A program made the position numbers and the translations under genes. A stretch of 64,000 nt of DNA from positions 1-64,000 of the forward strand of contig RSEE01000150.1 of the NCBI GenBank assembly GCA_003971905.1, written 5' to 3'. This document shows positions 1 to 11,010 of this stretch, in pieces (position 1 is the first letter of the stretch; the number at the start of each line of letters is the position of its first letter). The stretch comes from Moniliella sp. 'wahieum'. Its lineage: Eukaryota. A model generated the notes under the pieces. That model did no database searches and was not told where the DNA came from. It was given only the letters and a program-made list of their open reading frames with translations.

Positions 1-787
1 CCGCTGAGCGATTTCGTCATGTCCAAAAGCTCGCAGCAGAATCCGAGGAAACGTGGCGCAAGCTCTGGACGGCGTACCATCAAGTGAAGAACCAAGTGTC
101 GGCTGTCATCCCAGTCAAGGTGTACGAACAGCTGGTCCAGACCGCCCAACGTTACCCGCAATTCGTCCTGCCGCTGCCCAGACCGTTGTCACCACTGCGG
201 ACGGGGAGAAGCGGCGGTGGAGGACCCAGAGAGCGGGAGGCGACGCGCGGTGCAGCCCATGCCACCGGCCCGGTGGAGCAGGGTTTGAGATGTACTTTTT
301 GCAATGGGCGTTTTTGCCCGCGCCAGCGTCGGGCGGACCTCCAGCCAGCACGGTACTCTTCACCCCGCTCGCCGAGTACAAGTTGCGACAGAGTTTGCGC
401 AGCCGTTGCTTGTGCTGACCCACTACCCCGATCTGGCCAAGGACACCTCCCTCGTCCTGATGCGCGGGGAGATTACGGATGTAGCTGGGGCGCGTGCGGC
501 GCCGACGGGCGTGGCGGCTGCAATGGCTGCGCGAGCGCGCGGTGCGTCGTGAGGAGCAAGCGCGCTTATCGGCTCCGCTCCAGACGGAACGCCACGTTCA
601 CTGTGGCCAACGCTGGGTTGCTGGCAAGCATGCTGCAGCGCTTTTACCTTTCGCAGGGCCAGACCATGGCCAGGCCGCTTCGGGCCAGCAGCGGAGAGAC
701 TTGCTGGACCGCTTCCATAATCGCCCGGGCGAGTTTGATGTGCAGCAACTGCTCTCGTCGGTCAACAACCTCACCTCCGAGGTGTAA
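1..787 (+). CDS. ATP11: Mitochondrial F1-ATPase assembly factor Atp11 (5' end outside window; frameshifted)
   Basis: Segments across frames: SAVIPVKVYEQLVQTAQRYPQFVLPLPR, FEMYFLQWAF, VLFTPLAEYKLRQ, FAQPLLVLTHYPDLAKDTSLVLMRGEI, MLQRFY, RDLLDRFHNRPGEFD. These match the fungal Atp11 C-terminal domain as I recall it. Stop TAA at 785-787. Confidence 0.85.
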
Positions 788-1152
788 CTGTAACATGTAA
801 CTGCTGGGCCAGGTACCTCGACTTCACTCGCTATGGCATTCCAGCTCTCCCTATCTCCCAACTCCCAAGGCGTTTGCATGCGTTGCTAGTACTACTTTTT
901 CTTTTTTTCTCCTTGTGGCCTGTTTGCATCGTAGGCCCCTCTACCCTGCAAAGAAGGGGTGCGATCGTGCCAAGTGACGTGTTTTCACATTGGATTGCGT
1001 GGGATGGCGATCCAGTCGGATTCGGATTGATAGATTAGTGGTACAACGATGGAAAGGATCGTAAGAGGTAGGAAGGTATCGACAGGGCACCTGGGTCAAC
1101 AGGGAGAAAGTGGGGGAGGTGGGTGGGGGGGAATGGGGGTCCTTGTTGGCTC

Positions 1153-2875
1153 TTATGCAGCCATGGGCTTGGACTCGTGCGAGGCAAAGTCCTCCACCTC
1201 ATCCTCTTGCATGGCGCCCACTGGGCCGCGGTAGGTCTTGCGCCCGACCAGCCAGTAGCCCGCCGCACACACCACCACAACGCCGAGACGACAATGGCAT
1301 AGTTCATCGTGCTTGGCGTGACCTGCTTCGTGGTCGGGCAGGAGAAGATAACGATGGCAAGGATGATCCAGACAAAAGTGACAATGTTGGCAAACCAACC
1401 AAACGCACCGAGGCTGTAGGGTGCATTGGCCAGCTTGACCCTGCGTTGGACCAGGGACATGCAAATGGGAATGGCGTAGGAGAGGGAAAGCAAGATGGTG
1501 GCGGATCCGGTAAACGCATTGAACGCGGCGCTGGCGCCTTCGTAGATCACGCCCAGCGCGGCAATCACAATCGACGTCAAGATCATCGCATTGACAGGCA
1601 AGTCGAAGGTCTTGTTCACCTGGCTCCAGTACTTGTGGCCGGGAATGCCGCCGTCACGGGAGAAGGACCAGACGGCGCGGAGGGCGACGGTGAGAGAGCC
1701 TACGCCAGCAAAAAAGAAAATGCCAAGCAAGAGGAAGAGGAGGCCAAACCCCCGCTCTTGCCTCCGGTGGCGTTGTAAACACAACGGCGATCGGTTCACC
1801 CGGCGGCAGCCAACACGTCGTTGATGCTGGGCAGAACAAGAGGACGGAATAATGTAGACCAAGCCAGAGAGCGAGGCGGCCAAGACACTACCGACAATCG
1901 CGCGCGGTACCTCGTCCGCGGGTTCCGCGACTCTTCACACAAACTGGCCACTGTGCCGTACCCCGTCAAGGTGTACCCGGCCTGGAGCAGGCCCACAAAG
2001 AAGCTCCAGCCGTCGGGCCAGCCGGAACTGTTGACCCAGCCACCAAAGACGTACGCGCCGCTGTTGCGGTGCGGGGCCATGACGAGGAGCGTGATGAGAA
2101 AGATGATGCAGCTAGCGCCGCCCCAGTAGATTGAGGCTGTGTTGAGCGCTTCGAGGTAGTTGTACTTGACGCCAAACAGGTTGACCAGCGCCCGACCAAG
2201 ACACAGGCAAAGAACATGGTGATGACATGCCACGACTCGGGCGCCCATTGGTTCGCGGAAGATGGAGATGCCAGCGAGGATGAGTTGGGCACCGCCAAAG
2301 AGAATGGACAAAGCAAGGCAAATGTTGGCGGCGACATTGATCCAGCCCACGAGCCAGCTGATGGGACGCGCGTAGCCTTTGGGTGCCAGGTAACTCGACC
2401 AGACATACACGCCCCCGGCCGAAGGCACTTGCGAGCAGATCTCTGCCAGAGACGCCGCGATGCAGACCGAGATGAGCGAGACAAAGACCCAGCCCCAGAG
2501 CATGGTCACGGGGCCGCCTAGGAACCAACACAGACGAAGAAGAAAAGCGGCGCTGGGAGTCAGTAGGTCACAAAAAAGCACATGAGGGAACAGGGTGCTC
2601 ACCATTGGTCAACGAGTAGACGGCCGATGTGGAGATACCAAAGGGCGCGGCAATGATGCTGAAGGACAAGCCAAGGATGGCGCCCATGCCGAGGGAGCGT
2701 TTGAGCTGGGCTCGTACCCCATGCGGGCCAGGTCGGCGTCCGCATCGCCCGCGGCCACCGACTGGTCAAAGGGCTGGACAGCGATCTGGGGCTTGCCGAC
2801 GGCGGCGCCGTGGCTGGCGGGCAGCTCCTTGCCCAGATCCGAGACGCTCGTGGTCGACTTTTCAGCAGACGCCAT
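1153..2875 (-). CDS. APC-superfamily amino acid/GABA/choline permease (UGA4/HNM1-like)
   Basis: GGPVTMLWGW, ASLAEICSQVPSAGGVYVW, GYGTVASLCEE, AVWSFSRDGGIP, FNAFTG, TMNYA and many hydrophobic helices. One intron at about 2518-2602 (GTGAG..CTGAC..TAG). Confidence 0.88.
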
Positions 2876-5277
2876 GGCGAAGAGGGAGGCGGAGGAGACG
2901 GGAAGGGCGAGAGCAAAGGACGAGGGAGATGGAGGAGCGTACTTAAGCCTGTCGGGTGCCAGGGGGGGGGGCGCACGGGCCCCACCGCCCCCTCCTCCTA
3001 GCGTGGCGGAGTTTTGCTATCGACTATCTGGCTATCTGCGTCTGCTCGCGAGGGGCGCGTGTGGGCTGGTGTGCCTGAGACGCAAACCCACTGATTAATC
3101 AATTCAATTTTAACCTGGGCCTGATTAATGATTGAGGATTCTCAGCGATCGAGAGTGGGGCACTGGCGCAGCGGCAGCGATGCATGATGGTTCCTGCAGC
3201 GCAGTGACTAGTGACTGTGCCCCTGCGCCCCTGCGCCCCTGCGCCCGGCCTGCGAGCGGCGCTACATATTTAGCCGCACACTGGCGCGGCGCGGGGCTGC
3301 GTATCTGAACCAGCGATAGTGGCTGGCACAGCGTGTTGCTGCCGTGCGGGGGGGCGGCTATCAAGTGCTGCGTATCACGCCGCATCACCCACCATGCGCG
3401 CTCGCTCATGCGTCGCAGCAGCGCTGGCAGTTTCCCCGACGCCCAGCTGGCTGCCGTCTGCGAGGGGCCCAGTGCGCTCCAGCGCACTCGCACGCTCTCC
3501 TAGTCGCCCATGCGCCCATGATCGATGATCGCAATCTCAATCTCAATCACGCGCTCCCCCGTGTGGCTGCGATAGTCGACTCCCGATATACGATAGCTCC
3601 ATCCGACATCCCCTTCGATCTACGATAGCCCGTGGCATCAGTCAATTTTTCTCCATTTGTCCGATTGCCCGCCCTGCCGCCTGCCGCCTGCCGCCGCTCT
3701 CTCCCCCCCCGCGCCGGCCTGCCAAGGACACTGTCCCCGTCCGCGCCCCAGGCACCCCCCTCCCCCGCCCTGCGCCAGCCGCTTGCAGCCGCGGCCTCTT
3801 TGTGCGGGAGCCACCTGCTTATCCCTGGGTGCCTGGCCAGCTAGCCAGCCCGCTTTCGGCCTGTTGCTGCGCAGCCCATGCGATGTCCATCCCATGTCAC
3901 ATGCATGTCACACTTCCCCATCCGTCACTAGCTTCACTGTGGTCGCTGGTGGCGGCAATTATTCATCTATCCTCAATCAACCACCACATCCTCCACATCC
4001 CTCCTCTTTCACCGTCATCGATCATCCCATCCGAACCCACCGGGTGGAAGCAGCAGGTGGAACGTGGAGTCCTGGTGGGACGTGCAGTGGTGAGAGGGAG
4101 ATCGGAGATCGGAGAGGCATGTTGGGGCGTGTGGGGCACAGAGACTTGCTTGTTCTGGCCTCGTGTTCACCGTACGTTTCTTCGGTGCCCGTGTCTCGGT
4201 CCTTCTTCCCAAATGCGATCCACGATCCCCAGAGAGCATTGTAACTTTCATCATGCCACGGATACAGAGGGAGATCACTTCAAGTCAATCAAGGAAGAAT
4301 GGACGACGTGAATGTCGAACGTGGACGACCGTTGTACACCTGTACACAGATCTGAGGCAAGAAAAGGGAGATTGAATGGCGAAAAGACAAGGATAGTAAC
4401 TTTTCCTTTGGAGTCGAAACAGCGTCCATAATGATACGGTGCCCCGTTCCACGCCTGGCCGGTGACCGCCTATTAACCGCCTGCTCGCTTGATCACAGGA
4501 GGAATAAGAGCGACGAGCAAAAGGAGTGGCTGGCCAGGGGTGGCGTAGAAAGGTGGTCCCTGTCCTCGGTCACTTGGATCACTTGATCAGTCACTAGTCA
4601 CTCATAGTCACTCGAAGCTTCAAGCTTCAAGCTAGTCAAACTAGCCCCAGGTCACTGACTGTGGCCACCAGCCACTAGCAGTCACTGCACTGGAGCCGAC
4701 CACCTGACCCGCGCAGTGACTGGGTACCGCTTCAAAGGTACCCCTGTCGCACGTGTTCGATGGCCATGGGATGCGCGCGGGCTCGTCATGGTATAACGAC
4801 AACTCTATCTGCCCGGCTGTGCCTTGCCCTGAGCTCCCCACCCACCGAGCACCACAGGCTACGACTTAGTGCCACACCAAAAGTCGCAACGGGGGCGGGT
4901 GGGGACGAAGCTTGAAGCTTGAAGCTTGACGACGGTTGAAAGTTGGTGACGGTGAAAGGGGAAGAGGGGTGTTTTGCATCATGCGTTACTACGGAGGAGA
5001 GAAGTGTATCCTGGCGCCGGGACTGTTTGTCATGGGGAACCAGTTCTGGATCCGACGAGGCGGCATGGGAACCTCTCTGCTTGTACTCGTTCGTTCGTCT
5101 GCGTCCTGCGCGCGCACTACGAGAAGAGATGGGTGCGGATTTTTGAAGGGGGGAGGGGGAGATAAGATCCATCTGTCGATCCGACGGGGTGGGTGGACAG
5201 ATGGGACTGAAAACGACAGGAGATGGACTGGGACTGGGACCGAGACTGGGAGATTGGGTGCAAGAGGTATGGGGGAA

Positions 5278-5324
5278 CAACGTTCAACGTTCAACGTGCA
5301 ACGGTCAACGGTCAACGGTCAACG
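5278..5324. repeat. Heptamer array (CAACGTT/CAACGGT) x ~6.5
   Basis: Read directly. The reverse-complement array (TGAACGT)n lies at 38266-38305. Confidence 0.9.
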
Positions 5325-5339
5325 CTGGGCGAACGGATG

Positions 5340-5900
5340 CGATCTCCCGAAAAGAGGAAGGCCAAGCAGGAAAAAATTGGGGAACGCGGAGAGCGCGGGG
5401 GGGGGGGGATAGGATAAGGGATTAGAAGGTACGGTACGGCCCGGTACGGTACGGTACGGGAAGGCAAGAGCAACTGGGAGCAAGGGAATAAAAGAGGAAA
5501 AAACAGCGTCCCTCAGGATTGCTATAATCTAATCTTTCTTATCCATGGAAACCCGATGCAGGAGAGAGGAGAGATCAATGGTAAGCAAACGGGGGAGGGG
5601 GGCGACGGGGAGAAAAAGTGGGGAGAGAAGAGGCGGGGAGAAAATCGGGGGGAGAAAACCGGGGGAAAGAGGCGGGGACGGAGAGGAGAGCGGAGAGGAG
5701 CGCAAAACGGGGGGGCGGGACGGGCTGCACCAACGCGGATCCACCCGCGGTGGACCCAACCACAAAAAACAAGAGAAGAGAAGAGAAAAAAAGGAAAGGA
5801 AACGGAAAAGGAACGGGAACGGGAAGATGAAAAGGAAAAGGAAACGGAAACGGAAAAGGGAATAGAGAGACCAGCCGAACAAGGGGGAGAAGATCGTTCC
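5340..5900 (+). other. Purine-rich low-complexity tract
   Basis: Mostly A/G on the + strand, with GGAAAA/GGAAAC and GTACG short repeats. Lies downstream of the PUF gene. Confidence 0.8.
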
Positions 5901-5989
5901 AAGCCTTGCTCAAAACGGCCTACAGGGGCGAGGGGCCAACCCTCCCACCTCGCATGTCCAATGTCGATGTCGATATCGATGTCGCATCT

Positions 5990-8900
5990 TCACACCTCCA
6001 ACAACCGCTCAATCGTCGCGATATGTTTGGGGGATGGTCCGACGGAGCACCGAGGGTGGTACGCGGACGCGCGCGCGTGTAGCCATGCGCCTGGACAGCA
6101 GGCACAGGCACGGGTGGCCCAGGCACGTGACGCGGACTCCCACTGCCACCCACACCAACACCGCCACCGGTACTGGGATTGGCGTTGGCGTTGGGCCCGA
6201 CGTGGCTCAGCGCAGGGCTGGCGCGTGCGCTGCCCGATCCAAGCGAAAGTGAAGGCGACACGACCCGCGCCGCCATCGGAGCCGGGGACGAAGAACCCCC
6301 GCGGAAGCAGAAGTAGAAGTAGAAGTAGAAGCATGCAACGCCGCTGCGGCCGCGGCGGCAAAGCTAGCCTGTCCTGCTGGGCCGGGAGTGCAGTTCCGGT
6401 TCCGGTGCCGGGGGGCAGCATGGGAGACGGGCCGAGGGAAGCGAGGGACGTCAGCGGGGCGGTGCGAGGCGGGGGCGAGGTAGGATGGATAGCGCGGAGG
6501 GCCGGACGGAGGACGTGGGCTAACTGTGCTTTGTCCTCTGCTTCGACCAGGTTGAGTACGCGTTGCAGCACGTAGTTGGCGTACTGGTCGTGGAGGAGGA
6601 GGACGGCGGTGGGTGGGCTGGACGTCGGTCCCGACGCCGACGCCTCGTCCGGTGCGCCTGTCTTGTCCCCCGACGGCCCGGCACGGGCGCCAACAAGATT
6701 TGTAGGATGCGGCGGAAAAACGCGCCGGGCGCAGCGTCGGGGCCGGAAGCGGTAGGCACAGCATAGGCTGGCGTATGGGTCTTGGCGGTCGAAGCCACAT
6801 ACTCCAGCACGTTCGAAGCGAATTTGTGCCGTGCCAAGCGAACGAATCGGTGCGGCCCCCCACTTCCTTCGACGCGTCCGGCGGCGAAGCCGGGTCCAAA
6901 ATCAATCGCAGCACCACCTCATGATCGGCAGTTATGGCCGCCGCCTCTTCCTTGTCTGCTGCTGCACTCGTCTCAGCACGGGACGAAGGCGAGGGAGGGC
7001 AAAGGCGGGGACAGTGCGCTGCAGAGCCACTGCACCACATAGTTCCCGTAGGCGTCTTGCATCAGTTTCAGAGCATCTGCCCGCACTTCGTCCACCAAGG
7101 GACGGGTCGTACGCGAGGGCAGACGTTCCAAAAGACGCTGAAGCACGCGGCAAGCGTACGCGTGCGTGGCTAGCACGTGGACACGGGTCAAAAACGCTTG
7201 CACCAACGTAGTCAGTGCCGCATCGGCCTCGGCGCAGGGCTCTACCACTTGCTCCGTCGGCTCGGTGGTGCGGCCAAGACGGCAACAAACTTTTGCAAAA
7301 CGTGGTTAGCATTTTGGTCGGTGGCCAACGTGCGAACATGATCTTCCGTCGTTTGGGCACCCAGGGAAGGGGCCAGCAGTAGGCCAACGGCCAGGGAGGC
7401 TGCTTGGGGACGGCTCACGTAGTCCAGCGCTCGTTGTAGCACCCGACAGGCATAGGTGTGCCGTGCGATGGAAGACAGGTCTCCGTTGGATGGGTCCTCG
7501 TCTTGGCCAGCTGCATTCTCGTCTTCCTTCTCTGTCTCTTCCGTGGGCGCGACGAACCCCAACGCAGTCAGTAAGCGAGAGCGCTGGCCTGCGTCGCCGT
7601 GATCAAGGAGCTTTTGAATGACCTGTCACCGGAGAAAAGAAAAGTCAGAACGATCGCGGTGGGATGCAAGCCTAGACCTAGACGTGGTAATGAACGGAAC
7701 GGGGACATGTAGAACGTACATAGTTTCCAAACACATCGTGCATCAGCTTCTTGGCCTGCGGCAGCACCTCTGCCAAGATAATCGTCGTCGCATCTTCTGC
7801 CTCATCCGTGTTTCCGCGCTGGTCCGAAGCGGCTCGGTCCAACGCATCTTGCAACCGACGTGAGCCATGCTGGTCCTGGGCCATTCGCACCACTTCACCC
7901 TTGAACTGTTCCGGACGACGCGGCCCGGCTCGAGCTGGATGGGTAGCGGGGAACATATGCGGCGCGCAGTGGGGGAGGCATGTGGCGCGGGTGCGGGTGG
8001 GCTGAAGGATAGCCAGCGGGACCGGCACCGAGAGGAACGCCGCCAAAAGGAAAGAGGGGAGCAGCCATCGGAGGCCATCCTGTGGGGCCGGCAGAACGTG
8101 TGTGACGGTGCCGACGGCCTCCTGCGCCTGTACCTGTGCCTGCACCTCCACCTCCACCTCCACCTCCGCCTTGGTTGTTGCTCTGTCCGTACACGTCAAA
8201 GCCACGATTGGCTGCACCTGGGTCACGGCCGATAGGAGCCCATGGGGGAGGCGGCAAATGCGGGAGTTGGAGAGGGCGGTCCGTGGCGGAAGGATTGCGG
8301 CTGTGCCCGCCCGGTGCGCCGATGGAGATGGGCATGGGTTGTGGCGGGGCACCGGGAGGGACAGGAGGCAGGTTGGCGATGGCGGGGCCGGGCGACCAGG
8401 AAGACGGGTCGGGGTAGGTGGGCATGGCGGGCCATTGCCACACCCCCCCTGGGCCGGGGGCTGGGCGGAATAGGGGAGGGCGTCGTCGCTGGTGGGGGAG
8501 CCGAGGGGCGGGGAGAGCACGGCGAGCGGTGGGGGCCAGTAGAGTTCGTGGCCGTCGGAGCGGGGCGAGCGCGGCTGGGACGGGTCGGCGGGGTCGAGCT
8601 GGGGCGGGGGCGCGGGCGGGGGCTGATGGGGTAGGAGTACATGTTGAAGCCGTACGCCATGGGGAGGGGCATGACGGGCGTGGAGAGGGTGATGCTCTGG
8701 CGCGAGCGGCGGCTGGCGCGGCGGGGGTGGCGGGCGGCGGCGCTGGGCGGGTTGGTGCCGGGTGGGGGGGCAGGGCGGAGAAGGGGGGCGGGGAGCTGGC
8801 GATGGAGAAGCGGGGGCCGGGGTACATGTCGGCGAGCGCGCCGGGGCTGAGCGGGTCGGTGTGTACGGACGCGTGGGCGCGGCTGGGCGGGGCGGATGGG

Positions 8901-9182
8901 GATGGGCGCGGCGGTGGTAGTGGTGGTGTGGTGGTGGTGGTGGGGGCAGGAGCGGTGGTGGTGGTGGTGGGGGGCGTGGGCGGGGCGGGGTCGGGCGGAG
9001 ATGGACGTTGACCCGCAGCCCCGAGGCGGGCTTGGGCGGCGGGGCGGCGGTGGAGGAGCGGCGGGGGGCGGGGGGCGGTCGTGGGGCGCGGGGGCCGGGG
9101 TGGAGGCGCTGCGGACCATGCCGGACGCCGAGGACGCCGGGGAGGACACGCCGAGCTCGCGGCCACGCTCAGCGACGGCCAT
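5990..9182 (-). CDS. Pumilio/PUF-family RNA-binding protein (Puf3/PUM type) with long Pro/Gly-rich N-terminus
   Basis: Eight PUF repeat cores: DQHGSRRLQ, DVFGNYVIQ (split by intron 7623-7719), HTYACRVLQ, DQNANHVLQ, HAYACRVLQ, DAYGNYVVQ, HKFASNVLE, DQYANYVLQ. Both ends are approximate because of frameshifts. Confidence 0.9.
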
Positions 9183-9699
9183 GGGGGGGAGAAGGTGGTG
9201 GTGGGGGGGGGGGGGGCGAGAGATTAGGGTGGACGGACCGCATGGGGCGGTGAGGCGGCGGCGTGCGGTGTGGTGCGGGCGGGCGGACGCACTGATGGGT
9301 GATGATAATCAGGCGCCTGCAGGGGACGTGCATATTGCTTGCCCCCTGCAGCCGCATCGCGCCGCACAGCAGCACACGAACCAGGCACCGTCTGGCACAG
9401 CCGCCGCCACACTGCCCCTGCGCCCGCGTCCCTCCCCCACGCCTTTCGCCCAGCACACTGCCGTGGCGCCGCCCCCTGTACGCAGGCACTGCGGCGGTGT
9501 GACCGCTCTGGCCGTGCGCTGCGCACGCTAGGCGCCGCCTGGCACTGGGCCGCTCACGCTGCGCGCTGATCGATCATGCACCCCCTTGCGTTGCGGCGGC
9601 AGACGGCATGCGTCACCTGCACCGCTCGGTGCAATGTTGCAAATCGGCGGCGCTTACTCCTCGCCCCGCCGATCGGCCCAGTCACGTGCTGTGTCACGT

Positions 9700-10095
9700 G
9701 CCCTGGGCGGGTTAGGGAGGCAACCCAGCAAGACGCAGTGGCAAGCAGGGTTAGCAAGTCTCGTCCGTGGAAGAAGCTGCGACCACTGTTCCAAGGTCCT
9801 GAATGGGACCCGTATAAAGCACGGGAGCAGACCATCGAAGAAGAGCTGGAACGCGACAAGTGGAGCGTGAGGGTGGGGCGCGTGGAGACCAGAGTCGCTT
9901 GAGATAACGTTTTTGGGCGAATCCGAGCAAACCAGCACAGTTCAAGGTCCCCGGCAGCTGATGGGCTCTCTACGGCACTCCCTGGTGCCCACCGCCCCAA
10001 CTGCCCCGAAGAGATTTCGGGATCAACAACACGGGCAACGGTACTATAGCCCAACCGCGGCTGCCCGGCCAAATGCTGGCAGGGGCAGTGGATGA
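9700..10095 (+). CDS. Possible small hypothetical protein (frameshifted)
   Basis: Protein-like stretch KSRPWKKLRPLFQGPEWDPYKAREQTIEEELERDKW, continuing in another frame to 10095. No homology recognised and no clear ATG. Confidence 0.2.
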
Positions 10096-10099
10096 GCAC

Positions 10100-10900
10100 T
10101 ATACTATACTTTGCTCTACCTTGAGCCTGGTCGCCGCCTCGCTGTCGCGGCCGTGTTTGACGGGCCTGCCTAGGTTCTTCGCTTACTGGTCTCTCTGAAG
10201 CTACTATCACTGGTTCCGTGTCTTCGGCTTCTTCTCCCCCTCTCTCTCCCTCCCTTAATTTCATGATAGGAACCATTCTCCCCTCGCTTTCCCCTACCAC
10301 CTTTTGTCGCGGAGTCCAGTGCCCCCCTTTGCCATACTTTTCACCTTTTGGCACGTCCGCATCCTTGACCACGATATCGTATACACAAGTGACCTTTCCA
10401 GTGATGCAGTCATGGCCAGATGAAAAACAAATATGCCACTCAAGGATGCATTGGTTGCAGTGGTCCGGGATTGGGGCATCTGCCCTAGACACCCAACACT
10501 AAGGACTTGGCTGTTTTTGGCCTTGGGCAATGCTGATGGCGTATCTACGACTACTACCACTTGGTTCCACTGTGCCTTGCACCCTTACGTACGAAGTAGT
10601 AAGTAGTAGGCGGCACGAATCCGGAGCGACTCGACTCGACCTGATATCATGCCTGCGTTCTCCGGGTTGGGGAGCGTCCTTTTGACGCTCTCTCGTCTAT
10701 CCAATAATGGATGGCGGTCGTCGCTCGCCACGGCGGCCTTTCCTTCTCCCTCTCGGCCGCGCGATCTCCAAGGCATCCTTTGACATCATTTGGACGGGGG
10801 TGCCGCCGGAGAGTCGGACAAGCACCAAAGGGGATTGACTGGAAGAATCGGACAGGTCCACGTTGGGAAACGCGCAAGTCAGTGCAACGCAGCCTACCAT
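10100..10900 (-). CDS. Hypothetical protein with Cys-rich, Zn-cluster-like motif
   Basis: ORF 9554-10492 begins with HCNQCILEWHICFSSGHDCITGKVTCVY followed by a charged region. Local GC is lower than the flanks. Boundaries uncertain. Confidence 0.3.
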
Positions 10901-11010
10901 TTGATCGACTATGGGATACAGATCATAAGCATTGGGTCAACCTGGAAGCGAAAGCAAGTAGCGAATGCCATGTCTAGTACAGTAGTGCAGAGAGAGAAGT
11001 GAAAGGATGC

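Noticed and set aside
5522..5913. Phe/Ser/Pro-rich and Lys/Arg/Glu-rich ORFs
   Set aside because: These are translations of a purine-rich low-complexity tract with no sign of coding.
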